Source of the DNA: Calcarisporiella thermophila CBS 279.70 | Taxonomy: Eukaryota; Fungi; Calcarisporiellomycota | DNA length: 64,000 nucleotides | Reading direction: 5' to 3' | Assembly (NCBI RefSeq): GCF_041956535.1 | Contig: NW_027192208.1 | Location: 78,761-142,760, forward strand | Part shown: piece by piece, positions 1 to 12,912 of the stretch | Numbering within the stretch: the first letter of the stretch is position 1 | Layout of the letters: every line of letters begins with the position of its first letter | The notes under the pieces: model-generated | Told to the model about the DNA's origin: nothing | Databases searched by the model: none | What the model saw: the letters and a program-made list of their open reading frames with translations, nothing else | Program-made: the position numbers and the translations under genes

Positions 1-263
1 CGCGAGGGACTGCCTATGTAGTGTATGAGGACATCTTTGATGCAAAGAATGCCTGTGAACATCTTCAGGGCTTTAATATCATGGGCAGATATCTTGTTGT
101 ACTCTATTACCAGCCAACAAAATCGACCAAGAAGGTCAATCTATTAAAGAAGGAAGAGCAGATACAAGAGCTGAAGGCGTATGTACAGATGAATCTTGGT
201 GATAATTTTTTCAACTCTAATCCGCTTTTATTTTGTAGGAAATATGGCATTGGAGACGACTAA
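1..263 (+). CDS. SF3B6: U2 snRNP branch-site protein p14 (SF3B6/SF3B14), 3' part; runs off the window start
   Basis: RRM segment [37 protein letters not shown]. Intron GTATGT..TAG at ~179-238, then last exon KYGIGDD*. Confidence 0.9.
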   Translation, partial: RGTAYVVYEDIFDAKNACEHLQGFNIMGRYLVVLYYQPTKSTKKVNLLKKEEQIQELKAYVQMNLGDNFFNSNPLLFCRKYGIGDD

Positions 264-638
264 AATTTTAAGAATTATTATATTCAACTCTAAAAGATGC
301 GAATTTTTATACTCGCTTTCTTCCCACATTTTCACTCTCTTTCCCGTCGCTTTTTCTTTTTTTCAAAGCTTTTAATACATTTCACCTATTTTCGCTATTT
401 GTCAAATATTTTGCTTTGTTTTTATCCCTGATAATAAACTGATCCTGTACATTAATCATGGTTTTAAAGATTGTCTCGGCTTTTAAGGTACATTTGAAAG
501 TCAGCAGAAATTTTTCATAAGCATCAGTTTTCAGTTCTCGAATCCCATTTTCTAATAACTCACGTTTAAAGTAAACCTACCTTGCCATCCTTATGACATC
601 TGTTCATTCTCAACTATTCTTGTAATTTTTATGCTACT

Positions 639-2237
639 ATGCTTGAGGTAGAGCCCATGCCGTCCTCCTCAATGGAAGATTCTGCCAATTCTCCCCCTGT
701 TTCCTCTTCACCTCCCTCTACATCTGCTATCACAACTACTCCCCCCTCCGAACTTCTCTCTCCGCTCCCCCACCTCTTCGCCATAGAAACCACGCCCAGC
801 GAGGCCTCCTCTTCTCTCCCGCCCTCGCCTTACTCTGAAACCAGCTTTCACCCCCCTCCGGGAGAGAATGTTATAGATAAAAATGAAGAGAACACCATCA
901 GAGAAACCTATAACTTTTTTGCGGAACAAATGCCGCGAGATCTAGGGATTGAAGAGCTGTATTCGCTAGTAGATCGGTATTGCATCTTAACAATTTCACT
1001 TAATTTTATTCTATTCCTTCACTTATGTTGATTTAATGATTTTCTGCCTTCTGTGTAGCTATGGATTTGTGGAAAGTAGCAATGCCCCATTAAAACCTAA
1101 AATTGTGGAGAAGGAAACTGAGCGCGGTAAGAAATGGGAACGCATGACTATTAGGCGACAGAATCAAGAACATGCACATGAGTTTCACTTTACCCCAAAG
1201 GTATTGTACGCTTTCCCTCTCCACGCTCTGATTGCATCCTAATCAATATGCCATTCATATAGTTCATTTCCAGAGTGTACAAAGGCATTCCGGACTGTTG
1301 GCGCGCCGATGCATGGCATTTCATGTTAACGAATGGTGTATTGTCTAGCAGGAAGAAATCCGCACCAGTTACTCCCGAGTATTATCTTGAATTATTACAA
1401 CTTTCATCCACGCATGAGCACCAAATCGACCTGGATATCCCTAGAACAATGCAAGATCATATGTTGTTTAGGACGCGCTATGGGCCTGGGTAAATCCTCT
1501 GACTTAGTTAGAATTTATCGGAACCTGTTGATTGACTTTTGTATGCGCACTATCTTAGCCAGCGAAATTTATTCAATATCCTGAGAGCTTTCTCAAACGT
1601 GGATCCCGAAGTAGGCTACTGCCAGGGAATGTCCTCTGTCGTCTCAACCCTTCTTCTTTATTTTATCGAGGAGGACGCATTTGCAATGCTTGTTCATCTC
1701 TTTCGACAGTTTAACCTCCGCTTCCTTTTCCTCCCTGGATTTCCGATGCTCCTGGAATCATTCTATCTGCTAGAACAGCTACTCAAGGTGCACGCCTCCC
1801 GCGTTGCGCGACGGATGCAGGAGCTTACCATATCCAGTAGCTCCTATGCCACACGCTGGCTCATCACGCTATTCACAGCAAATGTGGTGGATCATCAAAC
1901 GCAAATGCGCGTGTGGGATATCTTCATGTTAAACGGTAAGGACTATTAGGCAATAATCGTGGTTTATTTAGACACCAGAGCTCTAAATGATCACATGCTT
2001 GGCTCCCTTTTTTAAGGCTTTGATGTTCTCCTCTTCGTTTCTGTTGGCCTGCTTAAAACACTGGAGCCTCGGCTCCTGCAAATGGATTTTGACGAAGTCA
2101 TGTCCTTGCTGAATTCTCGGATAGACGTCGCTGACGATGATAGGCTGATCGGGTGGGTTAAGCGACGATATACAGGCGCAGATACACCGCGGCTGTTAGA
2201 GCGGTTACGAAATGAATATCAAAAGACGCAAAGCTGA
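639..2237 (+). CDS. Rab GTPase-activating protein, TBC domain (TBC1D10/EVI5/Gyp5-like), multi-exon
   Basis: YKGIPDCWRADAW, IDLDIPRT (IxxDxxR arginine finger), GYCQGM (YxQ), YATRWLITLF, RVWDIF. GT-AG introns join the listed ORFs; stop TGA at 2235-2237. Confidence 0.88.
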
Positions 2238-2762
2238 TACTAGGTTGTATTTTAGAGAGACATTTTACCTTGGACGATCTTGTTTTGTTCTATCTCTTGC
2301 CAATTTTTTTTAACAATAATAATCTCCCAATCTTCTGCATTTTTAACTCTCCTCGCTGTAGTTTTCCTTACGATGACCCACTTTTAAATACATGATTGGT
2401 AAAATAAAATGAAGCATGGCCAAGGGGCAGTATGCATTGATAGGTGCATATCCCAAACGGGCAGCAAGGTACCGCTTAGAGTGCCTCATTTTCACACTCT
2501 GTACCACAAACTCTTCCCAATGATAGAGATCGTCTCTTTCAACCACTAGACTGGCTTTGCAATCCTGAAGAAAGATACCCACCCTTTCGGACATATACTC
2601 TGCGTTCTAAAGTTGCTAATGGGGAAAAGGATTTAAACTTATTTAATGTAAGATGGATAAAAAAAATACAACAGCAAGAATAAGTTATGAAATAGAGCGT
2701 TTTCCCGAATATATTTTGTATTATTACATTAAGACGAGATATACAACAATATGATACAATTT

Positions 2763-4748
2763 CTAACCCCTAAATTCCTCCAAGACTGCAATGACTCGCT
2801 GCAACAAAACCACTGCGTGAGGCATTCTCACGATGCGGCACTTCTCCAACACACGCACCAATCTGATCATGTATCCAAGCTCTTCCTGGATCACAATGGG
2901 ATCCTCCGAGTTGGCATTCTGCTTCTTGTTCTTGGCTAGGGCCCGGAACACGCGAAGCGCTAATTCGAAAGGGGCGAGGTGCACCCATGCTTCGCACAGA
3001 TCCCTCTCCACCACCCCACGTTCCCACAACGTCAATATTCGTATCGCCGCCTCCTTGCAAACGGTTTCGGCGTGTACCCGGAATCCGTCCTGCCACCGTT
3101 TTCCTTTGCCCTCCAAAACGCCAATGTAGATTTGAATAATTTCTGGCCAAAACACCATCTCCTGCCCGATCAAACTGCGAATTGCAATCAGAGAGAGGCC
3201 CTTTGCCTCCAGCACGTCGATTTTCAGCTCGTCCGGCCGACTGTCGTGATGCTGTCGAAAGCGTTTCTCGATTTCGAGCATTCTTGCCTCGATGCTCTGC
3301 TGAGATTTCTGGGTCTTGCAATTGGAGTGCTTGTCGGTGTGGCCATCGAGTGCTAAACGAGCAAGATAGCGGGTGGTGCGGAGAGCATAGATGCGGGCAC
3401 TTAGATAGAGCAGGCCATCTATGCCTTCATGAGGATACGGCCCCGGCCATATGCTCTCACCCCACTCGCCGATTCCAATGTAGCATCTTTTCCCGATGCC
3501 CCCGCGTTTTCCGCAGAGCAAACTCTTTGTCTCGTAAACAAGGGAAACCCCTAGGATCGCTCTTTTGAGCGACTCGTCCACATTCTGGTAGGAGGTGTGT
3601 TGTGAGAGCAGAATGTGCGAATGCTCAACGGCCAATTCCAGGAGGTCGAAGCGCTCTGAGTAGTTAATCGTAGAGACATACACGCAAAGCAGAGCGAGAA
3701 CCGTGACGAATGAAGGTTGGTCGAATCTATCCTCCTGTAGCGAAGCAATCAACATACACGCATGAGCGAACGAAAATTTTCCAGGAAGGAGGAAGGATTT
3801 ATAATCCTCCAAGTGTATTTACCAATAGTTTTCTTGTTCTCTCATAGGTGAATCGTGCAATGGTCGGGAGGTCGCGATCCGCCGCAAACCGATGCTGCAT
3901 AAATACGTGTGCAGACGCCCAGGACAATATTGCCCACTTGAGTAGTGGATCCATCGTGTCTTCGTAGTAGCTCTTTAGAAACTGTCGGGGGTTTGGATCG
4001 AGGTATAACGGGAAGCAAGTCAGAAAGGTGTGAAATAGTTCACTGAGAGTTGAATGCAAGGAGGTGATAAGCATGGTATTAGTGCGGGCGACGATGGAGC
4101 GTGGATGACCGTCGTGACCGGGAGTGACACGGGCAAGAAAAGAGTATTGATGTGCAAACGTTGCTGAGATTCCCTTTTTATCCTTGAACTTGTAGTTGAT
4201 ACCATAATTACCGGAGCGAAATGACAATTCAAAGTCCAAGCTCATCTCCATCAGCCGTAGCAGATCCCCTATTTGCCGGAACACCAGATAAAATTCTTTC
4301 TGCCTTCCGGTCATCATGATCCATTCGGCTCTCCCATCTACAATTCTCCCCATAATTCCCTTGGCATCATCGTGATCGCTCTCATCGGCTTTCTGGTAAG
4401 CTAGCGGCAAAATGGTCTCTGTGAAATGTTTCCATTTGTCTTCCAATTCGGTCGTCCGTCGACTCATTTGCCCCACTAAGTGGCCCACTGAATTTACAAA
4501 GTCTGGTAGACTCATCTGTGATGTGCGATAGGTGCATGGCATGGATGCTTTGATACATCGAGAACAAGAGGGAAGCTCCATCGAACAAAATGCCTACAAT
4601 ATTAATAGCCAAGCACCTAATTACAATTTTTGTTGACATCAGATCCAGCCAATCTTTTACAAATACATGCCTTTCGATTGCGACAGCGCTCGCAAGCATT
4701 GATGGCCAGCTTTTGCGAAACACAGGGGGTTGATGATGAATTAGTCAT
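2763..4748 (-). CDS. Zn(II)2Cys6 fungal transcription factor (paralog 1), 3 exons: 4748-4671, 4593-3823, 3734-2763
   Basis: Spliced cluster CERCRNRK|AFCSMELPSCSRCIKASMPC fits C-x2-C-x6-C-x6-C-x2-C-x6-C. Intron 1 is GC-AG (4670-4594); intron 2 is GT-AG (3822-3735). Confidence 0.85.
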
Positions 4749-5525
4749 GGTAGAGCTTGTATAGGCAGGAGGATAAATTCATGTGGTTATTTAATCTACG
4801 GGTAACTTTCATAAATAAAAGTGAACACTCGTCAACCTAGGAACGCTTTTCCTTCGAACCTATCTTAATCCTTCTAGAAGCCCCATCAAATTTAAATTTA
4901 ACGGCTCCAGGATTTTAAACACGGACTGCTAGACGCTGGCCCGAGTGCCGAAGCAAAAGATGGAGAAGAAAGAGGCCCAGTAGATGTGCCTCGCTTGGCC
5001 ACTTCATGCTCCCAAAGGCCCTTTGTTCTACGGACTTGCGGCGGAGTCGCAGGGAACCACACTCGGAAATTAATAAAACCCGAGCTCCTTCAATATACTA
5101 CATACCCACACCAATGCCGGCACCACAACTCTAGACTCTGTAGCAAAAAAGGTCTTATGCAAACGCATATGAGTTGGATATTTCAAATGCTTTGCTTCTG
5201 AAACCAATATCAGGATGATGAGCATTGTTATTGATGAGTAGAGCGGAAGCGAGTTTCCCGCCAGTGTGCTTTTTGAAAATTAGAAATAAGAATAGCTGTG
5301 TAAATAAGACGATGTGGAAAGAGGTGAACATAGGTAAGGAGAACAGGAAAAAAGTGGAATGTGGAATGACATGAAATGAAGATACAGTAGATGCAAACAC
5401 TGATATGAATATGCTAATAAGTGACAATCTTTCTGTACTATGGTTTGCTGCAATAACAAGTCGCTTCAGTGCGAACTAAACGCCTTGATGCACTCCTGCC
5501 CAATGCTGGAATCAACCCCCTATGG

Positions 5526-6158
5526 CTAGGAGGATGAGGAATTCATCAGGCCCCCTAGTTGGCCGATGAAGAACTCCTCCGTCGAGCTGCTTTCGTCTCC
5601 CAGCAACGATCGACGCAGTTCAAATAATGCTTCGTCGGTGGCATCGCCACTGACATGTAACGCCGGCTCGGCAACAGCAACGCTCGTTGGTAGAAGTCCC
5701 CGTCGCTCTCTTCGAATGTCTCGCTCTAGTGCATCGAGGAAAAGTCGGTCGTGCGGTACAGAATACCAATAGTACACCCGCTGCCGTTTGAGGGTGCGAA
5801 TACACTGATGCTGGTGTAGGAATTCCAATAACGGCGATCTCGTTTCTTCGAGGACTGCATCCCTTTCAACCCGCAGTTGCCGCAGATCCGCGATGACCCC
5901 CTCCTCGAAGCGCTTCTGAAATGTGACTGGCCTACCGAAACATGCGAATCGCGAGTAAAGCGCACGCAAGATATCGGTGGTCGTGATGTGGAAGATGCTG
6001 TGCCAACAAACGCATGTGATGGTATCTCCTGTGGGAAGAGCAAGGCTGTTGTGGATTGGGGAAGTGGAGCTTGAAGTGATGGGGGCAGTGGCCAGAAAGT
6101 AACGGAGGGTAGATATGTGAGACAGCCGTTGATCCAGGGGCAACTGCGCAATGTTCAT
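5526..6158 (-). CDS. STE-domain (Ste12-like) transcription factor, 210 aa, intronless, no C2H2 fingers seen
   Basis: LRYFLATAP, ITCVCW, ITTTDILRAL, FGRPV..QKRFEEG, CIRTLKRQRVYYWYSVPHDRLFLDALERD are STE domain signatures. ATG at 6158. Confidence 0.88.
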   Translation of the reverse strand: MNIAQLPLDQRLSHISTLRYFLATAPITSSSTSPIHNSLALPTGDTITCVCWHSIFHITTTDILRALYSRFACFGRPVTFQKRFEEGVIADLRQLRVERDAVLEETRSPLLEFLHQHQCIRTLKRQRVYYWYSVPHDRLFLDALERDIRRERRGLLPTSVAVAEPALHVSGDATDEALFELRRSLLGDESSSTEEFFIGQLGGLMNSSSS

Positions 6159-6786
6159 TATACGACTAAGGAATGATAGGAATGAGAATGGGAAGGGTGA
6201 GAGAACGGAGGACGATGGATCACAAGGGCTAGAGGGAAGGCGTATGCTAAACACAGCAGGCGGTTCTGCTAGGAGGGGACGGCGGGAAGAAAGGGAATTA
6301 CGAGAGTAGTTTAAGAATTAGAGACCGAGAATAGGGGAAAGGCTTTGCCTTTCTTTAGAGTGCGCACGCACCATTGTCCGCTAGCGTAATACTGCCAGCC
6401 AGGCCGTACACTCTTTTAGGCGTGTTTCAGTGGGCTTCCCCTCCTTTGCCACCAAGGCCTGAATACCACGCTTCCGGGCAGAGCTGGCCGAGATTTTTGA
6501 TCCCTCGCCCCCTCCAATCCAATCCGGCCCTGCAAGGCTTTGCAGTGCGGTTCCACGGAGTTGGTTTAAGGCTTCCGAATAGGATGGCTACAGTTTTACA
6601 GTATGGGGGATTGAGGTCATGGATTCAATTCAGGACTGAATTAAATTCTGGCCAATCGCGCTGCGAGCATTTTGATCTCTTGGTTCTTGGAAGATAGCTA
6701 TAGAGGAATGGACGCCTTGTTTTGTTCTTTTCTTTCCATTAGTTCGCCATCATTTTCCTATTCGCCCTAAATTTCCAATTTTTGCA

Positions 6787-9645
6787 ATGGCGGCACAAGG
6801 AACCAGTGCGGAGGCTCCAGGTTTGTGATGCTCTGCTTTTTCTCTATCTGTGTCGCTTATCTCTCTGCCTTTCCTTCCATTAGCTCTTAATTTGACGCCG
6901 CGACAGATCCACTATTTAAAGAAGGAGCTTCTCACCATACAACTCCAGAAGGAGATCCAGCAACTCCCTACGCTGCCCTCGTTAAAGTCGCTGCAATCCG
7001 CAAAGGATTCTCCTCTCCCTCTTCTCCAGTTCGTGTACTCGCATTTCGTCGTCACATTTCCCTTCCTCACCGATGCCGAGAATGACTTTTGGGCAAAAAT
7101 GGACATATTTATGGGGGAAATCAACAAGCGCCACCTGAGTACAACCTCAGAGAGAGAAGAAATGACAAAGCGACGAAAAATGATGCTGAAAGCAGAGAAG
7201 AGCCTTGTTCTGTTATTTAACGCGGCCATTAGAACGCCGGCGCAGGAAGAGTCGATACGCCCGCTAGATTTGATTGAGATTGGTGACGAATTGAATGGGG
7301 CTATGTTCCCTGGCGAGCTCGGAGATGCTGGCGCTGAAACCCTCGAAAAGTCACGGCAAGGTAATGTAGTCAATGGCCTGGACATCAATGTGAGCGGTGT
7401 GCGGGAAATATACGTGAAGCGAACGGTGAGAGAACATCCTCACGCTGAGTTCCTAATCACCACGCGATTTGTTCCCGATAACCAGAAACCAGGCGATCCC
7501 GAGGTGGACTTGAACGCGTCGGCCCTCCCTCAGCCGAGCGAGCAATGTCAGGAGGTGGTGGTCGCTCGACGATTCGGTCAGTTCCGCGCCCTTCATGAAG
7601 CCCTCAAGCGTGAATATCCCACCGTTATTCTTCCCGCTCTGCCTCCAAAATCTCGCGAATATGCAGAACGACGTCCAGGACACTTTTACCGAGAGCGGGA
7701 TCGTCTCTCCCTGCGATACTTCTTGCGCCGGCTCTCCGCCATTGAACGCGTCGCACGGTCCTCCACATTCATCCACTTTTTGACGGAGCACCCTTTGCGT
7801 CTGACCGAGGCGGAGCGTGAGGATGCCGAGCGCCGCGTAGAGATGGACCTCGCAAGGGTCAGGGAGGAGCAGCTTTTTCAACAGGAGCTCGATAAACGCA
7901 TTCGCGACCTCAGCGAACAGCTGGATACCTTGAAACGCGAAATTTTGCAGCCGGGAGGACTCTCCAACTTCTTCCAAACCGTCCGGGGGACCCCGCAGCT
8001 GCGTAACCTTCCCCCCGGTTACCAAAAGGCATTTGAGTGGGGACGCATTAGCTTTGCGTCCACATTGCATTCGTTATTTGTCACCTCTGATGGAGCCGCA
8101 GAGAACCAGGCCATTCTCAAGCGGACGCATGGGCTAGTGCCTTATCGCGCGATCGGAGCTCTCCTGAGAATATCGAACCCGCTTTCGATGATGAAGGGGG
8201 TCTTGGATTTGCTCTTGGCACAGCCTTTTGGGCAGAAAAGTTTGTTTCAGCGGTATGCTTTCCCCCTTTTTTTTGTCCTGTCAACACTCCTGTATTGGAA
8301 TGAAGGATCCTAATCCCTCTTTCATGGTAGAATCGTGTTGGCCAATCTCAATGAGGAGACGCGCGAGATGCAGAAAGATATCGACGTCCTTGAGGCGCGC
8401 ATCAACGATGTCTCGCTCTGCCTTAAAATTCGCAATGCTGCTTCAAAATTGACGGGCACGGGTGAGGAGGTGAGGGGGGCGGAGCGCATCATTGCCATTC
8501 TACAGAACGAGGATATCGAGCCCCGGCTCACTGCTCAGCATGTTCTGCGCTTTGGAATGGCTCCCTCCAACCCCGAGGAGGAGAAGACGAGGAAGAGGCA
8601 GCTTCGCTGGATGCACCAGCTGTGGGTGCTGTACATCCGGAAGCGCGACCAGGAGCAGCTCATGCAGCTGGTGTTCCAGGGCATCACGGGGGAGCTTATT
8701 CGCGACCTTTTTGCCATCTTCTACCGCCCGCTGGCCCAGATCTACAAGTCGGCGAATATCAGCGATTTCCTGGTGGACGTGTCCAAGTTCATCGAGGATT
8801 TGATCCGATACTTGGACAGCATCGACATGGCCGAGACCGTGGACACCGTGCAGCCGCTCATTGAGCTGATCGAGCGGCACGAGCAGACCTTCTACTCGTT
8901 TATCCACGCGGTGCACCGGCAGGATCGCGAGATGCTCTTCGACCGCCTCATCAAGTGGATGGAGTGCATTTTGACCTTCTTGCGCGAGGGCCTAACGCAC
9001 CCGCTGGACTTGAACGAGCTGATCGGTAAGCTGTCGGTGGAGGAGCGCGAGGCGCTGAGGCAGGAGGCGGAGGCGCTCTGTGAGCATCATGTGCGCCGCA
9101 AACGCTATCACCTTGAGAAGATGCGCCGCCGCGTTGCCGGTGAGGACTCGAGCATGGCAGCGGTTCTGGGCAAGGAGCAGATGGTGACTGCGGTGAGTGG
9201 GGGCAGAGTCCAAGGCTTCGTCGACGATTTGGAGGAGATGGAGTTTGTGGACGACGAGACCAGCGAGGAGAGCTGGAGCGAGGGGAGCGGCTGGAGCGAA
9301 GAGGAGTCTTGGGACATTGGGGACGGACTGAGCGACACGGACGAGACTAGCGATGCGTCGGAAGAGGCGGAGGAGATGCAGAAGGACGTCGGTGGAGGAT
9401 TGAAGGCAGAGGCGGAAGACGCAAAAGGAAAGCGACCCCACCGGGTTAGCGCGGATGGACTGGTGCCCCCCGGCGGTCCACTCGCCATCGAAGTTGAGCG
9501 GAGACGTAGGCGCCGTGAGCGCTTGCGACTGAATAAGGCGGCCAAGCGTGCTAAGGAGCAGCTTCTTCGGAAGCCCGACCTGCGCGTACTTCCACAACTG
9601 GTTCCCGGGTTCGTTGCAAGGGTGGTGGAGGCCCTTCCCCGTTGA
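6787..9645 (+). CDS. PX-associated + PX + DUF3818 protein (yeast Ypr097w/Lec1-like), 3 exons
   Basis: LTPRQIHYLKKELL, FPFL..FW, PX motif VARRFGQFRALHEALKREYP..LPPK, RERDRLSLRYFLR, LLAQPFGQKSLFQR. Short first exon from ATG 6787. Confidence 0.85.
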
Positions 9646-10242
9646 GTTTAGACCTTAGACCAAGGATACATATGCGTGTATATATACATATCTTTCCTCT
9701 ACTACTCTTATTTATTCGATATACTCTATACTCGAACCTATAATGATTCTTTCTTGATGATTTGATTTGCCATATATATATATTTTTTTTTACCGGATTT
9801 ACTACATTCAATTACACATTTCGTCTTTATTACATTCAAATGTCATCTCCATCTCGAACTCTGCTGGAGTTCTACCTATGACCTCTCTCCAACTTTGTCA
9901 ATAACCTCCACGCTTTCGAATTGAAATCACTTGTTTAATAAAATTGCCTAATCGCAGGGCCTCTGTTTGGCGCTCTTCAACCCATTAGGGGTTTCCATTG
10001 ACTGTATCTCAAAGGAATCAAGGCAATGCTCGGCTTCCCTTCTAAAAGAAGCCTTCATATTCCAGCCACAAAGCGATCCCGGCGATCTCGAGGGAGAGAA
10101 ATACTGACATGGTTGCCTTCTTGTTGATAGCATGACTGCTGTAGTTCCTTGTCGTCTCCATTGGTTCTCGACACTGACTTCTCGATGCCGTTATTTTGAC
10201 TAAAACTGGATCTCCACCATGGTCACTTAAATTGGCCTGGGG

Positions 10243-12251
10243 TTAGGTTAACGATTCGTTTGATGAGAGCAATATCCGAAGACGCTCCACTCTCCTCTGC
10301 AGCTTCTCGTGTAAAGGAAGCCGTTGGGGCACCTGCTCGTAAACCGCCTTCACCACTTTCTCGAACCGCTTACGTGCCTCGGTGGTTTCGCCCATCTTGT
10401 GGCGCGGGTCGAGGACGAAATCCAACACATCCATGGCCGCTAGAAGAGAAGCCCCCGACTTGGTAAGCCCGCAGCGCGAGCCCCAGCCAAGCCGCGTAGT
10501 GATGAGATCGATGATTCGATACGCTGCCGGTATGCACATTGCCCCCGGGATCTTCTTCCCGTCCTCGAGCGGGTTCTCGGCAAAAAAAAGGCGGATGGCG
10601 GGGAGGCAAAACTCGATGCAGCTGCCAAGAACATCCAGCTCCAGAAAGATGGCCAGCTTGGTACTTTCAGGCGCCTCCTCGTCCTCCTTCAAAGATCCTA
10701 CTCGTAAAGCCGGTGGCCTTTTGTTGACAAGTTCCCTCAGCTCGCGCTCCGCTTCACTGGCCAGCTCATACACGTCCACGCCTTTCGCTCGCCTCATGAT
10801 CAAGCAGCGTAGAATGTTGTACAGCCATCCCCGCTGCACCGCGCACTCCACCCGCAGCGACTCCAAGGGGGTTTCGTGCGGAAGGGGGCGCGGGCGGCTC
10901 TCTTCGCGAAATTCTCCGGGAAGCGTGTCGGGCGATTTCATCAGCATGAAATGCTCATGCTCCACCAGCAGCACCATCCATGCAGCGCGCCGGAACGCTT
11001 CCTCCGAGTGCGTATCGTTCCGAGAATCTGAGCGGGAGTAGGCCAACAAATTGATATGCTGCCGGGCCAAAAAGATGTAGAACGGGTATCCTTTCTCCAT
11101 GCGAGAGCGGGTATAAAGCAAGCAGAGGCCCATGACGGAATTCAGGCTTGGCCTATCGAATATTTCCTCCTAATAGCATTCGGGGTATTGAGCGAGAGGT
11201 GCCAGTCAGCCACAAGGAAAATAGCAAGAGAGGGAGAGGGAGAGAGAGTTACTTACAAGCAATTGCTTTGCAGACTCATCCGCCTGTCTTGCAATCACCC
11301 CTCTATAACAAGGCGCGACTTTCTCGTGCTCGGTGTGTGCATGATACACGGTCCACGCCAGGGCGGCCGCCTGCACGAATGGGTCCAGTTTTCCCGTCCA
11401 AAAGTGGAGCATAAATTCGGTCTCATTGCAGAGGTAGCCGACCATGTAGTGACACTGCAGGAAGGTGGCAAGGAGGTCGGCCGTCTCGTTCGTCAGGTCG
11501 TAGGGTGTTTGGGGCTGAGAAGGGGGAGGGCAAGTCTGAAGGAGCTGGCGATAGAACGCCAAGCGGTGGGTTGCGGTATACCAGTTGTAGATGAGCTGCG
11601 GCGAGGAGCGAGGCCGCGAGGCCCCGTTGTTTTCCCGCGGACTTGGGGAGGATTCGGGAGACTCGGCGGGGTCCTGCAAGGTAATGGATCTAAGCTGGTC
11701 CACCAGCTCACCCACAGACCCAGAGCGCACCCATATGCTCCATCCACTTTCGGTTCGTTTCACATGCCATCCCTCCGGGACCTTAATCAGTGCTTCTCCA
11801 CTGCCAAGTGTCGGCATCCGCATCGACCAGAGCGGTACCCGCGCGATCAGCTCCTGCTCAAGCACACGGAGCCGTCTGCGCACTTGCCCAATGTTGTGCT
11901 GAAAGTACCACAGGACGAATTTGGCCTCCTCATTCAGGGTTGGGTAGGTGCATGCTGCCGACGTCTTAAGACAATTGCGGCAGGAGGGACGGAGCATGTC
12001 ACAATGTAGCTGTTTTCGTGGTATATAATGTTAGCATCAGAAGGAGAGAGCCGCCATCTCCATGGCCTAGCCCATGTCAGGCGGGGGAGAAAGACCAACA
12101 TGCTTACCTTGGCTTCCCGGCAGCGAATGCATAATCGCATCCGGGAAAACGGCGAGATGCCTCTGGCGTTTTTGCCACGGCCGGGCTTTGTGGGCACTAG
12201 ACTCCAGCAAACTTCCATGGGGAGAGGGGGGAGGAATGCAAACTCGAGCAT
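10243..12251 (-). CDS. Zn(II)2Cys6 fungal transcription factor (paralog 2), 3 exons; start at 12251 or 12218
   Basis: CIRCREAK|LHCDMLRPSCRNCLKTSAAC. Introns at 12107-12010 and 11256-11170, both GT-AG; the second junction gives KQLL|EEIFDRPS. Confidence 0.85.
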
Positions 12252-12602
12252 CTATTTTAAGGGACATCCCGTCCAAGCCACCTCTTTTAATTAAGCTTAT
12301 GTGACAAGTTTCCCAGAACATGATTAAAGGAGACACACGACCAGAACAGAGGAGAAGGAGAGGAGAGCAGGCGATTAAGCTCGGCTCCTCGTGCGCAGAG
12401 CTTCCTAGGGAAGGCACACCGATGCACACGCTGCAAAGATCCTTCTCCTGAACCTTGCACGAATATGGACTGGCGCGCCAATCCATGAGGAAACCTTCTC
12501 GCCCTGCCCCACTTCTCTCCTTTAGGGTTCACAAAATTCGGCCTTTTCTTACGCAACCCGCAGAACCCAAACGCGCGCGCTCCTGCTGCACCTCCCTTCG
12601 GG

Positions 12603-12912
12603 TCAGAACGCCATCATCCCGGCCACCACCACCGCCAGTGCGCCCACGGCCGTCGAGGCGTACATTTCGCCCGCAGCGTTCATCTTCTCGCTCGCATCAC
12701 TGGAGCCGTGCGCAGTCTTGGGCTCTCGCGGCCCTGCGCGGGAGTAAGCTCGCTCTTGTGCTGCCGGCATGGGGGGAGGCATTTGACGTCAGCAAGGCCG
12801 CATTGTGCATGATCTTGCGATGCTGATCATATGGGGAGATCTTAGTGCCTGAGGCGACGCATATGAGCCAACAGGCGAGGGCGAGCACGAAGAGCTGGTA
12901 TCGCTGTTTCAT
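12603..12912 (-). CDS. Small secreted, probably GPI-anchored protein (73 aa); needs an 88-nt GC-AG intron (12848-12761) or a 1-nt frameshift
   Basis: Signal peptide MKQRYQLFVLALACWLICVASA|QE, then a hydrophilic stretch and C-terminal ..MNAAGEMYASTAVGALAVVVAGMMAF*. Branch-like GCTGAC precedes the CAG acceptor. Confidence 0.6.

Noticed and set aside
2343-2594. 83-aa minus-strand ORF between the TBC gene and TF paralog 1
   Set aside because: No recognisable motif; it probably lies in a 3' UTR or terminator region.
9850-10180. Possible remnant of a fourth Zn-cluster paralog on the minus strand (MSVFLSLEIAG vs LAIFLELDVLG)
   Set aside because: The similarity is too short and weak to distinguish from chance without an alignment.
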